A DNA stretch of 32,000 nt, taken from Candidatus Saccharimonadota bacterium. Its GTDB lineage: Bacteria > Bacteroidota > Bacteroidia > Flavobacteriales > Blattabacteriaceae. Position numbers and translations under genes: made by a program. The notes beneath the pieces were generated by a model. The model was given only the letters and a program-made list of their open reading frames with translations. It did not search any database and was not told where the DNA came from. Position 1 is the first letter of the stretch. Every line of letters begins with the position of its first letter. Below are positions 28,207-32,000 of this stretch, one piece after another. The stretch spans positions 480,001-512,000 of the forward strand of contig NZ_CP059223.1 in the NCBI RefSeq assembly GCF_014252415.1, given 5' to 3'.

Positions 28207-29985
28207 CTATAAAATATTTACTATTTTACCATTTTTTAATGTAATAATATGATCTGCATTTTGTTTAAAAATTTTTGATAATTTATTAGTAATTAATAAT
28301 GATGTTTTATTTTTTATTATCATATTTAATACATTTTTTATTATTAAATCTGATTCTGAATCTAAAGAATAAATTGCTTCATCTAGTATTAGGATAGGAG
28401 GATTTTTTAATATAGTCCTTACAATATTGATTCTTTGTTTTTGTCCTATTGATAGTTTATCACCATTTTTTCCAATTATGGTATTATATCCATTTGAAAG
28501 ATTTTTTATAAAAAAATGTGCATTAGCAATTTTTGCTGCATTTATTATTTTATTTAATGATATTTCTTTATTGATGCCTAATGATATATTATTAATAACG
28601 GAATCATTAAAAATTATTGGATTCTGAGTGACTATCCCCAATAGTTTTCTATATTCCGTTTTTTTTAATAAATCAATATTATTTCCATCAATAGTAATTT
28701 TTCCATATGTTACATCATAAAATTTTGCTAATAAACTAGCAATAATTGATTTTCCAGATCCAGATTTACCCACTAAAACTATAGTTTTTCCTTTTTTTAA
28801 AGAAAAAGAAAAATTTCTAAGTAAAATTCTTTTATTGTGAATAAAAGTTACATTATGAAATAATATTTCGTTATTAAATGATTTAATTGATTTTAATTGA
28901 ATATTTTTATTTATTTTATCAGAATTGATATTAAGTATATCTGCAATTCTTTTTGCAGACGCTTTTCCTTTTTGAATATTAGATATTGAATTTACTAAAC
29001 TTTTAGCTGGATTAATAATTTGATAAAATAATCCTATAAAAGGAAATAAAATTTTAGGTTCTATTTCTTTTTTTTCCAAAAAAATTTTACTTCCATACCA
29101 AATAATTAAAATCATAATAGATGACCCCATAAATTCTATAATAGGAGAAATCAACTCTTTTTTTCGATTTACACGAGAAGATAATTTTTTTTGATATTTT
29201 GAAATTTTTTCAAAATGTTTTTGTATTTGGTTTTCTGCATGAAAAATACTTATAATCTTAAAATTATTTAAACTTTCTTCTATAATAGTTAATAATTTTC
29301 CCAATTGGTTTTGAGCATTTTTTGCATCTTTTTTTAAACTATTTCCTATAATATAAACGAATACTGTCATTATAGGAATAAGTAAAAAAACGAATATAGT
29401 TAATTGATAACTTATTAAAAATAAAGTAAATAAATGAAAAATTATGATGATAGGAGAACTAATTAAATTAGTGAATGAATGAATTATTGAATTTTCAATA
29501 TCATTTATATCATTTGATAATCTAGACATTAGATCTCCATTACTTTTATTTGATAAATAAATTGTTGGAGTATATAATATTTTTTTATGAAAATCATTTC
29601 TAATATTTCTTATAATAGATGTCCTTATTCCTATAAGAATATACTCAGCTAAATATTTGAATATATTTTTTATTAAAAAAATAAAAATAATAAAAAAACA
29701 AAATATAGTTAATGTATTAATCTTACCATATTTATAAGAATAAAACTCAATATAATATTGAAAATATCCTTTAAATAAATCAAATAGTCCATTAGAAGAG
29801 TTTATAATTATTTTTTTATGATTTTCGTTAGGAATTTCAAGTAAAATACTTAATACAGGTGATATTAATACAATAGAAATAACTGAAAATATAGAATGTA
29901 ATAAATTGCACATTATATTTATAATGTAATGATATTTATAATATTTTGAATAACTTAATATTTTATCAAGTGCATTATTATTCAT
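28207..29985 (-). CDS. ABC exporter, fused permease/ATPase, MsbA-like (592 aa)
   Basis: The N-terminal half is a six-helix-type hydrophobic domain. Walker A GKSGSGKS, signature LSIGQKQR and Walker B ILILDEA are present. Confidence 0.9.
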   Translation of the reverse strand: MNNNALDKILSYSKYYKYHYIINIMCNLLHSIFSVISIVLISPVLSILLEIPNENHKKIIINSSNGLFDLFKGYFQYYIEFYSYKYGKINTLTIFCFFIIFIFLIKNIFKYLAEYILIGIRTSIIRNIRNDFHKKILYTPTIYLSNKSNGDLMSRLSNDINDIENSIIHSFTNLISSPIIIIFHLFTLFLISYQLTIFVFLLIPIMTVFVYIIGNSLKKDAKNAQNQLGKLLTIIEESLNNFKIISIFHAENQIQKHFEKISKYQKKLSSRVNRKKELISPIIEFMGSSIMILIIWYGSKIFLEKKEIEPKILFPFIGLFYQIINPAKSLVNSISNIQKGKASAKRIADILNINSDKINKNIQLKSIKSFNNEILFHNVTFIHNKRILLRNFSFSLKKGKTIVLVGKSGSGKSIIASLLAKFYDVTYGKITIDGNNIDLLKKTEYRKLLGIVTQNPIIFNDSVINNISLGINKEISLNKIINAAKIANAHFFIKNLSNGYNTIIGKNGDKLSIGQKQRINIVRTILKNPPILILDEAIYSLDSESDLIIKNVLNMIIKNKTSLLITNKLSKIFKQNADHIITLKNGKIVNIL

Positions 29986-30013
29986 TTCATAATCCTTAAA
30001 TATAATTCCTTAA

Positions 30014-30021
30014 CAAAGGTA
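30014..30021 (-). promoter_or_regulatory. Candidate Bacteroidota sigma-A -7 box (TAnnTTTG) upstream of the ABC exporter gene
   Basis: The minus strand reads TACCTTTG, 28 nt upstream of the ATG (complement of 29983-29985), inside the 141-nt divergent spacer shared with tatA. No clear -33 element is present. Confidence 0.25.
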
Positions 30022-30126
30022 GTTAGAAAATATTTTAGTATTTTAATAAAAAATTTAAATTAAATTTTATTATATATTTATATAATTTCATACATTCATT
30101 ATAATTTTTTTATATTAAAATTTATA

Positions 30127-30294
30127 ATGAAAAATATTTTATTTATTAGCATTGAAGAAAGTTTTTTTATTATATTCATAGCTATATTAATTTTTGGACC
30201 AAAAAATATCCCTGGAATAGCTAGAGGATTAGGAGATGGAATAAGATTTTTAAAAAAAGCTAAAAAAAAAATTAGGGATGAAATTGAGTGGTAA
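30127..30294 (+). CDS. tatA: Twin-arginine translocase TatA/E-family protein (55 aa)
   Basis: Not in the ORF track because it is too short. Hand translation gives MKNILFISIEESFFIIFIAILIFGPKNIPGIARGLGDGIRFLKKAKKKIRDEIEW, followed by TAA at 30292-30294. A hydrophobic helix is followed by the FGPxxxPxxxRxLGxxxxxFKKA hinge/amphipathic helix that is diagnostic of TatA. Confidence 0.8.
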   Translation: MKNILFISIEESFFIIFIAILIFGPKNIPGIARGLGDGIRFLKKAKKKIRDEIEW

Positions 30295-30295
30295 A

Positions 30296-32000
30296 TTATT
30301 TTAAGTAAAATTTTATTTTAGATTTTTCTAATAATATATCACTTAATTTTTCCAATAAATTTTTTCTCAAATTATTATTTAAATATTCCATATTATATAA
30401 ATAATCATCTAATTTTTTATTTTTAGAAAAACATTTTTTAGATCTTATAAAAAAGACTCCATTTGTTCCTAAAATAGGATTAGACGTTATATTTTTTTCT
30501 AATGAAAATGCAGCACCTGATACTTTTGGCTCTTTTACAAAATTTATTGTAGAATTGTGAAAATTTATTTCATATGATTTATGTATTTTTTTCGAAAAAT
30601 CATGGGAAATTTGTTCTAAATTTTTATTATAATATTCTTTATATAATTTTTTATAAATTTTTTTATTTATAAGATTAGGAACTAGTTGATTTATTTCTTT
30701 CATGGAGGCTTTTCCTTTATTAATCGCATATAAATATGTTATAAAATAATTATTATTTGAATCAAAAAATATTTTTGTATCTCCCTTTTTTCTATCTTTT
30801 TGAAAAGACCAATTAATTATATCTTTATCTAATTCAGTATTTAATCCATTAATATTCCATTGATTTTCTTTAATTTCTTCTAAAAATAAAGATTCAATTT
30901 TTTCTTTTCTTGCATTATTAATTATCTGATTTAAATTATAATTTTTATTTTTTGATAAAAATAGATTTACATTTTTATAAACTTTATCTATAGTTTTTTT
31001 TGATGGATTTAATGTTTTTATTAAAACACCAAATTGATATGCATTTTTTATATTTTTTTGATCATCTATTCTAATAATATGATAACCAAAATTAGTTTCA
31101 ATAAGACCTATAGATCCTATTTTATTTTTTATAGAAAAAATATTAAAATTTTTTTTTGTTATATTTTGATTATCATATTTTATCCATCCTAATTGACCAT
31201 TACTTTTTCCTAAATTTATAAAATCATCTGATTTTTTTAAAAGTAAATTAAAAGTATTAGGATTTTTTTTTAATTTTAAAAATATATTTTTTATAATGTT
31301 TATTGCTTCTTTTTTATTTCTTTTATTTAGTGAATAAATAGAGTTTTTATGCGATATTAAAATATGACTAACTAATACTGAATCAAATATTTTTTTTTCC
31401 CCAGTTAATTTAATTATAATATAGTTATTTCTATCTTTTATAGGACCAATTACATTTCCTATTTTATTTTTTTTCTTTAATAAGAACTTAAAAATAGGAG
31501 GTATAAAATCTTTTGTATAAAAATTATAATCAAATGGTATCTCAGAATTTTTAGATATTAAATCAAAATGATTATAATTATGTTTTAATTTATATGAAAA
31601 ATTATTTACAATTTTCCTCATATTATTCTCATCTTCTAATGAAGGAATAGAACGAAATATAATGATACTTATGTTTCTTAAATTATTTTTTTTATATAAA
31701 GATTGATGTTTATCAACATAATTATATAAATCATTTTTTGATATATGAATATTATATTTTTTCTCTATTTCTGGATATGGAATCAATATATAATCTATGA
31801 TTGAAAAATTATTTTTATTTTTAAAATTTAATTTTACTTCTTGATCTGTAACGTTTAATCCATACATTAACATTTCTGCATATTTTTTTGCAACTATTTT
31901 ATCCTTTATACTATTTTTTTGATACTCCCAAATTTTTTTTTCAGATTTTACTTGAGGAAATATTCCGTATGGTAATTTATATAAATTTTGTACATATAAT
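30296..32000 (-). CDS. PpiD/SurA-like periplasmic peptidyl-prolyl isomerase (parvulin type); the 5' end lies beyond the window
   Basis: The parvulin core is VSHILISHKNS ... GQLGWIKYD ... ETNFGYHIIRIDD. The ORF track starts at Met 31873, but hand translation upstream stays open to position 32000 with no stop (LYVQNLYKLPYGIFPQVKSEKKIWEYQKNSIKDKIVAKKYAEMLMYG). Flavobacterial homologues are about 700 aa, so the true start is probably outside the window. Confidence 0.8.
   Translation of the reverse strand, partial: LYVQNLYKLPYGIFPQVKSEKKIWEYQKNSIKDKIVAKKYAEMLMYGLNVTDQEVKLNFKNKNNFSIIDYILIPYPEIEKKYNIHISKNDLYNYVDKHQSLYKKNNLRNISIIIFRSIPSLEDENNMRKIVNNFSYKLKHNYNHFDLISKNSEIPFDYNFYTKDFIPPIFKFLLKKKNKIGNVIGPIKDRNNYIIIKLTGEKKIFDSVLVSHILISHKNSIYSLNKRNKKEAINIIKNIFLKLKKNPNTFNLLLKKSDDFINLGKSNGQLGWIKYDNQNITKKNFNIFSIKNKIGSIGLIETNFGYHIIRIDDQKNIKNAYQFGVLIKTLNPSKKTIDKVYKNVNLFLSKNKNYNLNQIINNARKEKIESLFLEEIKENQWNINGLNTELDKDIINWSFQKDRKKGDTKIFFDSNNNYFITYLYAINKGKASMKEINQLVPNLINKKIYKKLYKEYYNKNLEQISHDFSKKIHKSYEINFHNSTINFVKEPKVSGAAFSLEKNITSNPILGTNGVFFIRSKKCFSKNKKLDDYLYNMEYLNNNLRKNLLEKLSDILLEKSKIKFYLK

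Noticed and set aside
631-28627. Fourteen further short ORFs in the track that lie antisense to, or nested within, larger genes: 631-855, 2873-3205, 3406-3663, 8026-8253, 8659-8967, 13643-14014, 16764-17042, 19221-19454, 20448-20672, 21184-21507, 25671-25922, 26162-26377, 27040-27366 and 28427-28627.
   Set aside because: Each is fully contained within, or antisense to, a long ORF with clear family motifs. All have low-complexity F/I/L/S/N-rich products with no recognisable domain. This is the expected artefact of an extremely AT-rich genome.
1-32000. CRISPR arrays, insertion sequences, integrases, phage or defence islands, toxin-antitoxin pairs, rRNA or other structured RNA genes.
   Set aside because: No repeat-spacer periodicity, inverted terminal repeats or transposase/integrase-like ORFs were seen. 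Every spacer is 141 nt or shorter, and coding density is near-complete with housekeeping genes.

Overview
The window reads as a very AT-rich (by eye roughly 20-25% GC, not computed), almost gap-free stretch of core housekeeping genes from a reduced Bacteroidota (Flavobacteriales) insect endosymbiont. It is most consistent with a Blattabacterium-like genome. This rests on gene content and Bacteroidota-typical families: a short 287-aa sigma-A, type-B L31, a GH3-family protein, a DUF1599-like gene beside folP, a GlmU-like LbH protein, a long PpiD-like PPIase, and retention of murF, metE and gdh. I call 28 protein genes and 1 tRNA in alternating strand blocks. Block 1 (-): mgtE, 5' part only. Block 2 (+): leuS, gdh, pyrH, frr, asnS, rpoN. 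Block 3 (-): aldehyde dehydrogenase, sufE, metE, GlmU-like, rpmE, fabH. Block 4 (+): ubiE/menG, GH3-family, rpsO, pnp, rpoD. Block 5 (-): tRNA-Arg(ACG), tpiA, DUF1599-like. Block 6 (+): folP, murF, pdhA, PDH E2. Block 7 (-): TerC-family, ABC exporter. Block 8 (+): tatA. Block 9 (-): PpiD-like PPIase, running off the window. Three calls differ from the ORF track. The truncated mgtE (1-528, minus) is missing from the track. A 55-aa tatA (30127-30294) is below the track cutoff. The PPIase frame stays open to position 32000. I see no CRISPR array, mobile element, defence or toxin locus, rRNA, or intergenic space large enough to hide an RNA gene; the largest spacer is about 140 nt. I therefore do not find support for a novel multi-gene system here. 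The observations most worth follow-up are single-gene oddities: (1) a LeuRS whose CP1 editing-site motifs all appear replaced, (2) an animal-mitochondrial-type glutamate dehydrogenase with an antenna-like insertion, (3) retention of a GH3-family adenylating enzyme and a DUF1599-like protein of unknown function, (4) sigma-54 retained with no -24/-12 promoter visible in any spacer here, and (5) many 10-12 nt A/T homopolymers inside intact ORFs plus overlapping convergent gene ends with no terminators.
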